DNA of 63,866 nucleotides. Source: Octopus bimaculoides (lineage: Eukaryota). The position numbers and the translations under genes were made by a program. The notes under the pieces were generated by a model, which searched no databases, was not told the origin of the DNA, and saw only the letters and a program-made list of their open reading frames with translations. The stretch lies in NCBI RefSeq assembly GCF_001194135.2, contig NC_068981.1, positions 130,006,499 to 130,070,364 of the forward strand. Reading direction: 5' to 3'. Shown here one piece after another: positions 14,525 to 25,791 of the stretch (positions are counted from its first letter, which is position 1; every line of letters starts with the position of its first letter).

Positions 14525-16705
14525 TTAACATCCGCTTTCCATGCTAGCATGGGTTGGACGATTTGACTNNNNNNNNNNTTGAAACATATGTAGGAATAAA
14601 GTATGCAATTATAACATGCATTTTCTCCAATCCTTAAATTCTTAAATATATATGTATATATATATATGTGGATATATGGTAGTAGCCGTTGCAAGATCTG
14701 CATCATGGAGAGAACCAAAATTCTTAAGGACTTTAAGAAGCCTGGCGCATTAAACAGCTGTAAAAATGCGTTTTCTAAATGTATCCACTGCACTACTTAC
14801 TAGAAAATTGGATCTTCCTGTTTGCTCATTAGGCCTCTCAGAGTCTATAAAGGTTCCCTTCTCTGATTAAGGGGAAACAACCCGTATTCATTAACGTTGT
14901 TCCTATTCCTCAAGTTTTAATAGTTTCCTCACATCCGCAAAAGCAGATATTTTAAAATTTTGTATTCCTATAGAGTCTCACGAGCTGTCCAGAAGGCTTT
15001 AAGTTTGTGTGTGTGAAACCTTGGTTAAGAACTCTATATAAAATTTTGTTGTAATAATTTACTGCTCTGATATATATTTTATTAACTACATACACACACA
15101 CATATGCACTTACATATTTACATATATATACACACACATACACCATTCATAATTGTGTATATTATTATTTGCATGAAAGCATTTTCTATTTACTCTTTTG
15201 CAGGCTGTTTAACTTGATAGAATGATTGCACAAGTTGCTCATTGCTATAAGTTTTTCATTGATCAAACGCTAAAGAGACCTCTATATTTAAGTCATTATC
15301 AAAGAACTCTCCTTCTACTCCAACTTCGCCGTTTTAAGCATCTCCAACTTTCCAATCCAGTTTTACCAACATTTTTTCGGGCAAAGAACTATTTGGAAAG
15401 AGTTGCTCTTGTTGACCAGAATGGGCACTTCCGATACAGAGACCTACTCCATTACAGTGCAATTTTATCTAAAAAAATTAAAAATACAGTTGGCTGCACT
15501 CCAAATTCCTGTGAAGGGTTACGGATAGCATTTCTTTGTGAAAATGATTTGTCATATGTCATAACAGAATGAGCAACTTGGATGATTGGAGCAGCTGCTG
15601 TTCCTCTTTGTAAAACATATCCTGTTAAAGAAATTTGTTATTTCATAGACAATTCCAAATCCTCAATTGTTATTATTAGTGAAGAATTCAGAAGTCTAAC
15701 TAAGGAAATAGAACAAAAAACAGGAGTTCAAACATTGCTTTTAAGCAAAGATGACTATCTTCATGACTATGATCCATGTCAAAATTATTGGTTGACTAAA
15801 TGTAAAGAGTTGGACAGAAAATTTGAAGAAATGCTTAAAATAAACCAGTTCAAAAACCAGCCTGCATTAATTATTTATACTAGTGGTACAACAGGGAAAC
15901 CAAAGGTAAGTTTTTAATTCCACCCAATTAATTTTAATGTTTTATTTACTACCTCTCCCTTTCTCTCTCCTATATATATGACCGTTGACTGAACACTATT
16001 CATTTTTTTTCTCCGTGTTTTTCTCCTTGTCTCCGTATTCTTTCTGTTGAAGAGCGTAGCTCGAAACGTCAAAGACTTTCCGTATTCCCGAGCGTCATAC
16101 TAATATATACTTTTGTTATTTACACCACCTGTCCTCGTCTGNNNNNNNNNNNNNNNNNNNNNNNNNNNNNNNNNNNNNNNNNNNNNNNNNNNNNNNNNNN
16201 NNNNNNNNNNNNNNNNNNNNNNNNNNNNNNNNNNNNNNNNNNNNNNNNNNNNNNNNNNNNNNNNNNNNNNNNNNNNNNNNNNNNNNNNNNNNNNNNNNNN
16301 NNNNNNNNNNNNNNNNNNNNNNNNNNNNNNNNNNNNNNNNNNNNNNNNNNNNNNNNNNNNNNNNNNNNNNNNNNNNNNNNNNNNNNNNNNNNNNNNNNNN
16401 NNNNNNNNNNNNNNNNNNNNNNNNNNNNNNNNNNNNNNNNNNNNNNNNNNNNNNNNNNNNNNNNNNNNNNNNNNNNNNNNNNNNNNNNNNNNNNNNNNNN
16501 NNNNNNNNNNNNNNNNNNNNNNNNNNNNNNNNNNNNNNNNNNNNNNNNNNNNNNNNNNNNNNNNNNNNNNNNNNNNNNNNNNNNNNNNNNNNNNNNNNNN
16601 NNNNNNNNNNNNNNNNNNNNNNNNNNNNNNNNNNNNNNNNNNNNNNNNNNNNNNNNNNNNNNNNNCCATGCTAGCATGGAAAGCGGACGTTAAACGATGA
16701 TGATG

Positions 16706-16759
<54 letters not shown>

Positions 16760-19700
16760 GGATAAGCATATTAAAGGGGGTCCATAGGAAAACTCATTTA
16801 AATAAAAGAAGTCCTTGGTAGTGAAAAGGTTGGGAACCACTCCTTTAGTGCAATACGCCACTTCTATATCAGGGGTCAGCAACAAGGTAATCATAGCCCA
16901 CAAATGGGCCATTAAAGTGATCTATATGGGTTTCAGATCTTTTGTTTCAAATTTATTGTATTTATAAATCATTGAGTAGTTTCAAGTAACCTTTTTTGTC
17001 ACAATTTGTTTAATTTTTGCTAAAATAACCATTGCAAATAATGGAAATAGCGATGCACCTGAGGATGATTTTATTCATATATAATCATTTTCATTTAACT
17101 TCTACTTTTCCATGCTTGCATGGGTTGGACAGTGTTTATTTTCTATGGCTGGGTACACTTCTTGTTGCCAACAAAGGCAAGGTAGTATTCAGGGCCAGCC
17201 TTAAGCCAATTGGACTGATTGCTCCCAATCGGGCCCCGTGCTCAAGGCTAGACATGTTCTTGCAGAATATTGGAAATGAATCACACTGCTTGTTTGACAG
17301 TGACAGTCAGTTTACAACTGTCACATGATGTAAAGACAAGGAGACACAAGTACACACGTGTGCACACAAACACTTTCACTTCCTGTCTACCTAATCCATT
17401 CACAAGGCTTTGGTTGGCTTGGGCTATAGAAGACACTTGTGTAATGTGTTGTGTATTGAGACTTAACCTAGGACCATGTGGTTGGGAAGCAAGCTTCTTA
17501 CCACACAGCTACGCTTGCACCTACAAAACAAGGATCAGTTCTTTTTGCAATGGTCCTCTTTTGATTTTTAAAAAATTTACTCATGGTACAAAGCCAGCAA
17601 TTTGGGAGAAGGGGAAAATCACTTAAATCAATCCCAGTGTTCCACTGGTACTTATTTTATTGACCCTAAAAGGATGGAAGGTATAATCAACCTCAGTGAA
17701 ATTTGAACTCAGAACATAAAGATGGATGGAATGCTGCTAAGCATTTTGTCTAGCATGATAGCAATTCTGCTAGCTTGCCTTTATATATATGTATGTATTG
17801 CAAAAAGAAGTTGTTCATCCTTGTTTTGTGTGACAACAGTTGTTTTGATTTCAATGTTTGTATGTGTAAGAGTATGTATTTTTTCAGATAGAGATTCTTT
17901 AGCTATCCCAAACTTGGTCTTCATCAATAATATATCATTTCCATTCATGTCACTTCATCAATTTGAAATTTGTTTTATTTAACAAATAATGAAGATGGAG
18001 ACCTTCCTGCAATGCCAAAAGAGAGAGTTGAATAACCTTTATATATTACAGGCATAAATGCCCATCATCAAACATGAACAGTTTTAAGGAATTTAAATTT
18101 ACATAGATCATTTCTTTAACCCTTTAGCATTCAGACTATTCTTTCAAATGCAATGCTTATATATTCACATTGTTTTGAAGTAATTGTGCATTATCTCATA
18201 ACTTTGAGACTTCAGTGATGTAATTGTTTATTTTTAGAATGACAATGTAGAGTAGGTGTGAAAGGTTGGAACTGGCCAGTTTGAACAAAAAAGAATGATA
18301 CAATATCTGGGCTGGATATGGTCAGTTTGAATGCTAAAGGGTTAAACTGTTCACTTCTGTTGATAGGCATTTGTGCCCAAAATATATAAAGGGTGCTTAA
18401 CTGTGCCTTTTTGTACTATTAAAATCTTTTTATCTTCTTTATTTGTTATTTTACTTCTGTATCACAATACTTGAAGCAAACTACAACACTCTTTTTTGTT
18501 TTATTTCAGAGAGAAGTTGGCATGGGTGATAAGCAATGTTTTTCAAATGGAGACCAGTGTGCAATAGGTACCCTGTAAGTACCTATTCTATATGGTTATG
18601 TGTCGATCTTGACATTTTTCTTTCTTTTTTGCTTTTTTTCTTTTTTACTGATTTTAGTCAATTGATTGTAGCTATGTTGAGTTGGCATCTTTACAAGTTT
18701 TTACTCAATTATATCGATTCCAGTACTTAATCTGGTGCTTATTTCATCATCCTCATTAGCTACAGAAATGCAAAATGGACAATCAGTCAAACTCTGTTTG
18801 AATGTTTTGTTCGTCACGCATACATATGTACAGAAGGGAGGAAACCATTACAGCTCATTGTAATACATCATCATTTTAATGTTCATTTTGCCATGCTTGC
18901 ATGAGTTGGATGAAATTTAATGAGGTGGATTTTCTGTGGCCAGATGCCCTTCCTGTCACCAACCCTCACCTGTTTCCTGGTAAGATAATATTTCTCCATG
19001 ACCAGACATGCTTTCAAAGATAGTAAATGAAGGACACTGCTTGCAATAATCACTTGAAGTCAAGTCAAAGAGACACGTATACGACAAGTTTCTTTCAGTT
19101 TCTTTCTAACAAATCCGCTCACAAGACTTTGGTTGGCCTTGGGCTATCATAGAAGGCACTTCCCAAGGTGCCATGTAGTGGGACTGAACCTGAAATCATG
19201 TGGTTAGGAAGCAAGTTTCTTACCACACAGTCACACCTGTGTCTATTATGTACAGTATATGAAATAAGATTAGATAGAAAAACCTGGTTGCCAGCTCTAC
19301 AATTTTATATAGAATTACAAGGAAAATGAGAAGAATGACTGAGAAAACATTACTAATATTAAAATACAAACCAAAAAATCAACACACAGATAAATCACTC
19401 ATAAAATACATAAGAAAAATCCACCAGTATAATTCTTAAATTTGCTATTTCTGATTTATCAGTTATAACAATAAAGGATTCCTGTGATCTTTTGTAACCT
19501 AATCCAAAGCATGCAGATAACATCCCATTATTACCATCATTTCATTCTGTTGATGGGACTGTGAAGTTTATGAAAGGTTATTACACCAATGGATTAAGGA
19601 ATTTTGCATTTACACTAGTGCCATGTCAAAAGCTCTCATGCTGGTACTGCATAATAGCACTTATGCCAGTACCATGTAATAGCACAAAAGGATCACAAAA

Positions 19701-22700
19701 CAGATTCTTCAAGCTGAGCCAACTAGCAGGATGCCTAAGAGTAAACCAAAAATAAGATGGTTGGATATCTTTAGTCTCAGTTGGTTACACTTGGATATCC
19801 AAATGGAAAGTGCAATGATGACTGCTTCTGATAGGAGAAAGTGCCTCAAGACTCTACCCACGTCCACAACCCTCACAAGAATAGTGGACGGAGGAGATGG
19901 CTGGATGGCTGGAAACTAAACTTAAACATTGTTATGTCATTGATATAATCATATTTCAAAGAAAAGCTGTTCTCTATTCACACACATAAATATTTGTATA
20001 TAAATATAATTTTATGCTTCAAATTGATGTTTTTTTCGTCTTTAGATACATCCCAAATATGATGTCAACAGTTGCTTACTGCAAGGACAAAGCGTTCTGT
20101 GGAATTTATTCCAAAGAAGGTGACAGCTTCTTAGCTGCAGGTCGAGGTAGGTACACATATTCTTTTATTCATTGAATGTTTTATTCACTTTTCCTCTCTC
20201 ACTCACTCTCTCTCCTCCTAAACCTCCCTCCTTCCATCTCTCTCTCTCTCTGTTTTCAGCACGAGTGTATTAATCTCTTTATGACTTGACTTCACATGGT
20301 TGTTGTAAATGAGTGTCACCATCATACACGTGGTGTCTTTAGTTTCCAATCTTCCATGCAAACATGTCTTGCCATAAAGATATATTAAGATATATTACAT
20401 TGCTTGGAAACAGGTGAGGATTGTCAATAGGAAAGGTATCTGACCATATAAATCTGCTTTAATGAATTCCATTTGATTCATGCAGGCAGGGAAAAGTGGA
20501 CATTAAAATATTAAAATGATGATGATAGTATGCATATATATATGTATATGAGCGTGACTGTTGCCAGTACCGCCAGACTGGCCCTCGTGCTGGTGGCACG
20601 TAAAAGCACCAACTACACTCTCGGAGTGGTTGGCGTTAGGAAGGGCATCCAGCTGTAGAAACTCTGCCAGATCAGATTGGAGCCTGGTGCAGCCATCTGG
20701 TTCGCCAGTCCTCAGTCAAATCGTCCAACCCATGCTAGCATGGAAAGCAGACGTTAAACGGTGATGATGATGATGATGATATATATATATATATATATAT
20801 ATAGTTCAAAAAAACAATAACAAAAAAACAAAAAAACAACAAAGTGAGGACGTGATATGGATAGTATTATTGGACGCTCAGGAAAGGAAAGNNNNNNNNN
20901 NNNNNNNNNNNNNNNNNNNNNNNNNNNNNNNNNNNNNNNNNNNNNNNNNNNNNNNNNNNNNNNNNNNNNNNNNNNNNNNNNNNNNNNNNNNNNNNNNNNN
21001 NNNNNNNNNNNNNNNNNNNNNNNNNNNNNNNNNNNNNNNNNNNNNNNNNNNNNNNNNNNNNNNNNNNNNNNNNNNNNNNNNNNNNNNNNNNNNNNNNNNN
21101 NNNNNNNNNNNNNNNNNNNNNNNNNNNNNNNNNNNNNNNNNNNNNNNNNNNNNNNNNNNNNNNNNNNNNNNNNNNNNNNNNNNNNNNNNNNNNNNNNNNN
21201 NNNNNNNNNNNNNNNNNNNNNNNNNNNNNNNNNNNNNNNNNNNNNNNNNNNNNNNNNNNNNNNNNNNNNNNNNNNNNNNNNNNNNNNNNNNNNNNNNNNN
21301 NNNNNNNNNNNNNNNNNNNNNNNNNNNNNNNNNNNNNNNNNNNNNNNNNNNNNNNNNNNNNNNNNNNNNNNNNNNNNNNNNNNNNNNNNNNNNNNNNNNN
21401 NNNNNNNNNNNNNNNNNNNNNNNNNNNNNNNNNNNNNNNNNNNNNNNNNNNNNNNNNNNNNNNNNNNNNNNNNNNNNNNNNNNNNNNNNNNNNNNNNNNN
21501 NNNNNNNNNNNNNNNNNNNNNNNNNNNNNNNNNNNNNNNNNNNNNNNNNNNNNNNNNNNNNNNNNNNNNNNNNNNNNNNNNNNNNNNNNNNNNNNNNNNN
21601 NNNNNNNNNNNNNNNNNNNNNNNNNNNNNNNNNNNNNNNNNNNNNNNNNNNNNNNNNNNNNNNNNNNNNNNNNNNNNNNNNNNNNNNNNNNNNNNNNNNN
21701 NNNNNNNNNNNNNNNNNNNNNNNNNNNNNNNNNNNNNNNNNNNNNNNNNNNNNNNNNNNNNNNNNNNNNNNNNNNNNNNNNNNNNNNNNNNNNNNNNNNN
21801 NNNNNNNNNNNNNNNNNNNNNNNNNNNNNNNNNNNNATGTGTGTGTTTATGTGTGTGCGTGCGTATGTGTGCCAGGTATGTGTGTTATTTTGTGTGTGCA
21901 CTCCTGTGTGTATGTGTGTGCATGTGTATGCGGCTGTGTATGTAGGCGTGCGCGTATATATGGGTGTGTGTGTGTGTGTGTATATGTGCGTTCGGCTATG
22001 TGTGTGTGAGGGTAAAAAAATAAAAATAAAAAAATAAAGAAAAGTGTTGCAGGGACGTAAAGTGGAGAGTCATAAGGAAGAGAGGGCTGCGTTGAGTCCA
22101 AAGGGGAAAGAAGAATTAAGGTTGAAAATGTAGCGTTGCTCCAAGTGGAGTCGCGAGGCAGTGGACCCATGGTGCAGGGCAAAAGATAGAGATGTATACA
22201 TATGAAAGGCTTCCATACAGTTTCTATGTACCAAATTTCTCTGTTTTGAATTTCATCACTGTTAAGCTGTTGTGGAAGACACTTACTTAAGGTATCTTAC
22301 AGTGCAATATGATGTTGATCCATGTGATTGCAAACAACATGTTCATATTTATGCCCATGTATAAAATTCTCAGTGACTATCTGAAGTATCTTAATATCAA
22401 TATTCAGGATTGAATTAATTTTTATGGTTTATTTTAGCAGCTCTTTATCGAGCTTTGTGTTTACTTCAGAAAATTTTTATTAGTCTTTTAAAATCATTTG
22501 GAATCTTCCATTAAAAATTTAAGCTTTACTAAAAGCTTGATTATAAATTATTTCTCAAGCCTCTGACAGTTTGTTTATTTATCTTCAGATGTATATATAC
22601 GGTTGTATGACACATCATGTGATGAATTCAGACATATTAAATCAATTCGAGCACAAGGATTTTTCTGGAGTATTTTAGATGCTGCATTTAGGTAAGTTTT

Positions 22701-25700
22701 TATTTCTTGAAAATTTTCTTGCTATTAAGGAAATATAGTGAAGAAAACGAGCTTCTAATGATGTGAAAAGGGAAAGTTGAGAAACCTTTGTATATTTCAG
22801 GAACAAAGGTCCATTGTCAGAAGTGAATAGACAAAATGGAGTTTCTGCCTGTTTTGCTATCAAAATGACAGGATCTACATAAACTCACATTTCTAAACTG
22901 TTCGCTTCTGATGAGGGGCCTTTGTGACAAAACACATAAAGGTTACTCAAGTTTCCCTTTTTGCATTGTTAGAAATCCTCTTTCTTCATTATTTGTTATT
23001 TTACTTCTGTATCACAATGTCTTAAGCAAACTACCATGCTTTTCTTTAACTCTTTAGCATTCAGATTACTCTGTCAAATATGATGCCTGTCTATTCATGT
23101 TGTTTTGAATTTATCCTGCATTATCTTGTAGTTTTGAGATTTTGATTACGTGATTATTTATTTTAAGATTAACATTGTAGGGTAGGTGTGAGAGGCTGGA
23201 TCTGGCCAGTTTGAACTTAAGACAGGTAAAATATTTTGGCTGGTTATGGCCAGTTTAAATGCTAAAGGGTTAAGGAAAAATAATTCTTAAATCTGTGATT
23301 GTCAGTTATTAATATACTAATTATTAAATGTGAAAACAACATTCTGTAGTTTCTAGATAACATGTTCTTGATAGCTGATGCCATTCTATTTATCTTGTTG
23401 AATCAATTTTAGACTTTCTTCACAACTTTAAAATAATTTTTATGGACTGGTTTATGGAGGACGGATCTTGTAGTAATTTAGAACTTGACATATTTTGTTT
23501 GTTTGTAAATTAAATGCAGCGGCATGCATACATAGGCTTCTTATAGCTTCTCTTTACTAAATCCACTCACAAGGCTTCAGTTGGTCCTGGACTATAATAG
23601 AAGACACATGCTCAAGATTCCATACAGTAGGACTGAACCCAAGATCATATGTCTATTGATAAGAAGTTTTAAAAAAACTGTTTTGCATGTTTTATTCGCT
23701 TGTTACTTACTTTCCCCCATTCTGAAATAATCCATGCCTCACTGGTTGAGTGTGTGTCCTGCCTTGAGAAATACTGATCCAGCAGAAGACCTGTATGAAT
23801 TTATTGATTGTAAACTAGCTTTAATTTGCTAACTTATTCATCATATTCATTCTACTCTTTCTGTTACTCCCAGTTGATGCTTATCTAACCAACTTCTTAT
23901 CACACACTTACTCAGAACTGCATTATTTTCAATCCCTTCTACTATTTCTCCATTTATTAACTTGAAAGAGCAGTACACATTAATCTGCCTTTGTTAACCC
24001 TAACTTTCAGTCCAGGAAGGCTTGAAAAATCTACAAAAAGACTAACTAATAATAATAAAATTGTGAATGCTTGTATAGTATGTAATGTAACAGTATTTGG
24101 GGCTTAGAATATACAGTATTATATTTTGAATGTATTTGGTACCCAGAGTGTTGTGGTATGTCTGCAGACAATTCATGGTCTTTGAAATAACATACTCATT
24201 GATGTAATAGATTCCTCTTGTACAGCAGAGTTTATTCTAAAGAACACTTATAGAGTCCTGGTTTAAAGACTAATGCTGAAGCTCAGATATTTCATAAAAA
24301 TACATAAAACCAAAGACACAATTCTGAAGTCATCAACAAATGGTCTTATGTTTAAGTTGCTTTAAAGGAAATGATTGTAAAAAAATCTATAAAACAAAAT
24401 ATTTTTTCCCAACAGGTTCCATATAAAAAAGAATTAGTTACTAAGAGAGATTTCCAAGCAATCATTTTATAAATATACCTGGTAAATATTGAAAGAACAT
24501 TAAATTTTATGTAATATTCCATGATTTGCTTATAGTAACTGTAAAAGGAACAGTTCCTTTTTCTGAAGGAAATTATTTATCATTATAAATACTTAATGTT
24601 TTCAAAGCTTTCAATGACTTATGATAAAACAACATCAACATATACTTTTGTATTTTAATTGCTTGTATTTTTATAAATGTATAATTTGGAAGAATTTAAC
24701 TTAAATCTTTTATAATATTTCTTTTATATTTTCTTAATTTTTGTTTAGTCCTGATGGAAATTATGTGATATATTCCAGTTGGTCTGATTGCAGTAAGTCT
24801 TACATCTTTTATTATTCAAGAACCGTCAAAGCAGTGAAAAAGATAGAATTGTTAGCATGCCAGGTGAAATGTTTAGCGACATTTCATCCGTCTTTATGTT
24901 CTGTGTTCAAATTCTGCTGGGGTCAACTTTGTCTTTCATCCTTTTGGGGTTGATGAAATAAGTACCAGTGGAGCACTGGGGTCGATGTAATCAACAAGCC
25001 TCCTTCCCCTAAACTTTAGGCCTTGTGCCTATTGTAGAAAGGATTATTCAAGAGCCGTCTAATTCTATTCTGAAAAAATGGAAATCGATTACATACTAGC
25101 AATAATGATGATAGTAATTTCTTGCACAAACTGTTTCTTCATTAATGAACAAATGTGAAAGATTATATCATCTATAGTGTCAGCCTACCATTCTTTACTT
25201 CTCTATCTCTCAGAACATTGATAAAATATTTCATAATTTTTACATACTCTTATCATAACAATGACTTTTGTAAGTGTGAATATTTGCATATGAATTATAG
25301 TATTGTTTGATCATCATCATCATCGTTTAAAGACCGCCTTCCATGCTGGCATGGGTGGGATGGTTTGACAAGAGTTGGCCAAGCAGAAACCTTCATTTAA
25401 CTGTTTTGGCAGGAGTGTTACAGCTGGATACCCTTCCTAACACCAACCACTCAGCAGGGTGGACTTAGTGGGGTCTTTTATGTGGCACAAGCACAGACGA
25501 GGTCAGTTTTAGTGAGGTTTTTACAGTTAGATGCCCTTCCAAATGCCAAGAACTTTACAGTGTGGACTGGGTGTTTTAAGTGGCTCCTGCACTGACAGGG
25601 TCACCAAAAACTTGCAAGACAAAAAGAAAAAAACTCTTTTGAGAGGGGAGGTGGCATTAGAGGAGGTAATCTTGTGTTGGATGATGAAAGGTTATATTGA

Positions 25701-25757
25701 GGCAGAGAGACAGAAACAGGTGTCTTGCTGTAGAGGCGGTACAAGGTTACCCCTGTC

Positions 25758-25791
<34 letters not shown>

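Larger units (their letters stand above)
14452..16842. mobile_element. hAT (Charlie-like) TIR-bounded element with 8-bp TSD, enclosing nested cargo
   Basis: TIRs CAGTGGTTCCCAACCT (14452-14467) and AGGTTGGGAACCACTC (16827-16842) match at 15/16. Flanks CTTTACTG (14444-14451) and CTTTAGTG (16843-16850) match at 7/8. Confidence 0.8.

Noticed and set aside
15570-15572. Selenocysteine codon
   Set aside because: The aligned residue is Trp, not Cys, and no SECIS can be supported.
16100-22009. Long ORFs at 16100-16912, 20852-22009 and 49051-49862
   Set aside because: Artefacts of N runs and microsatellites.
22905-22935. Second hammerhead (CTGATGA)
   Set aside because: No stem II followed by GAAA, and no stem I/III pairing could be built.
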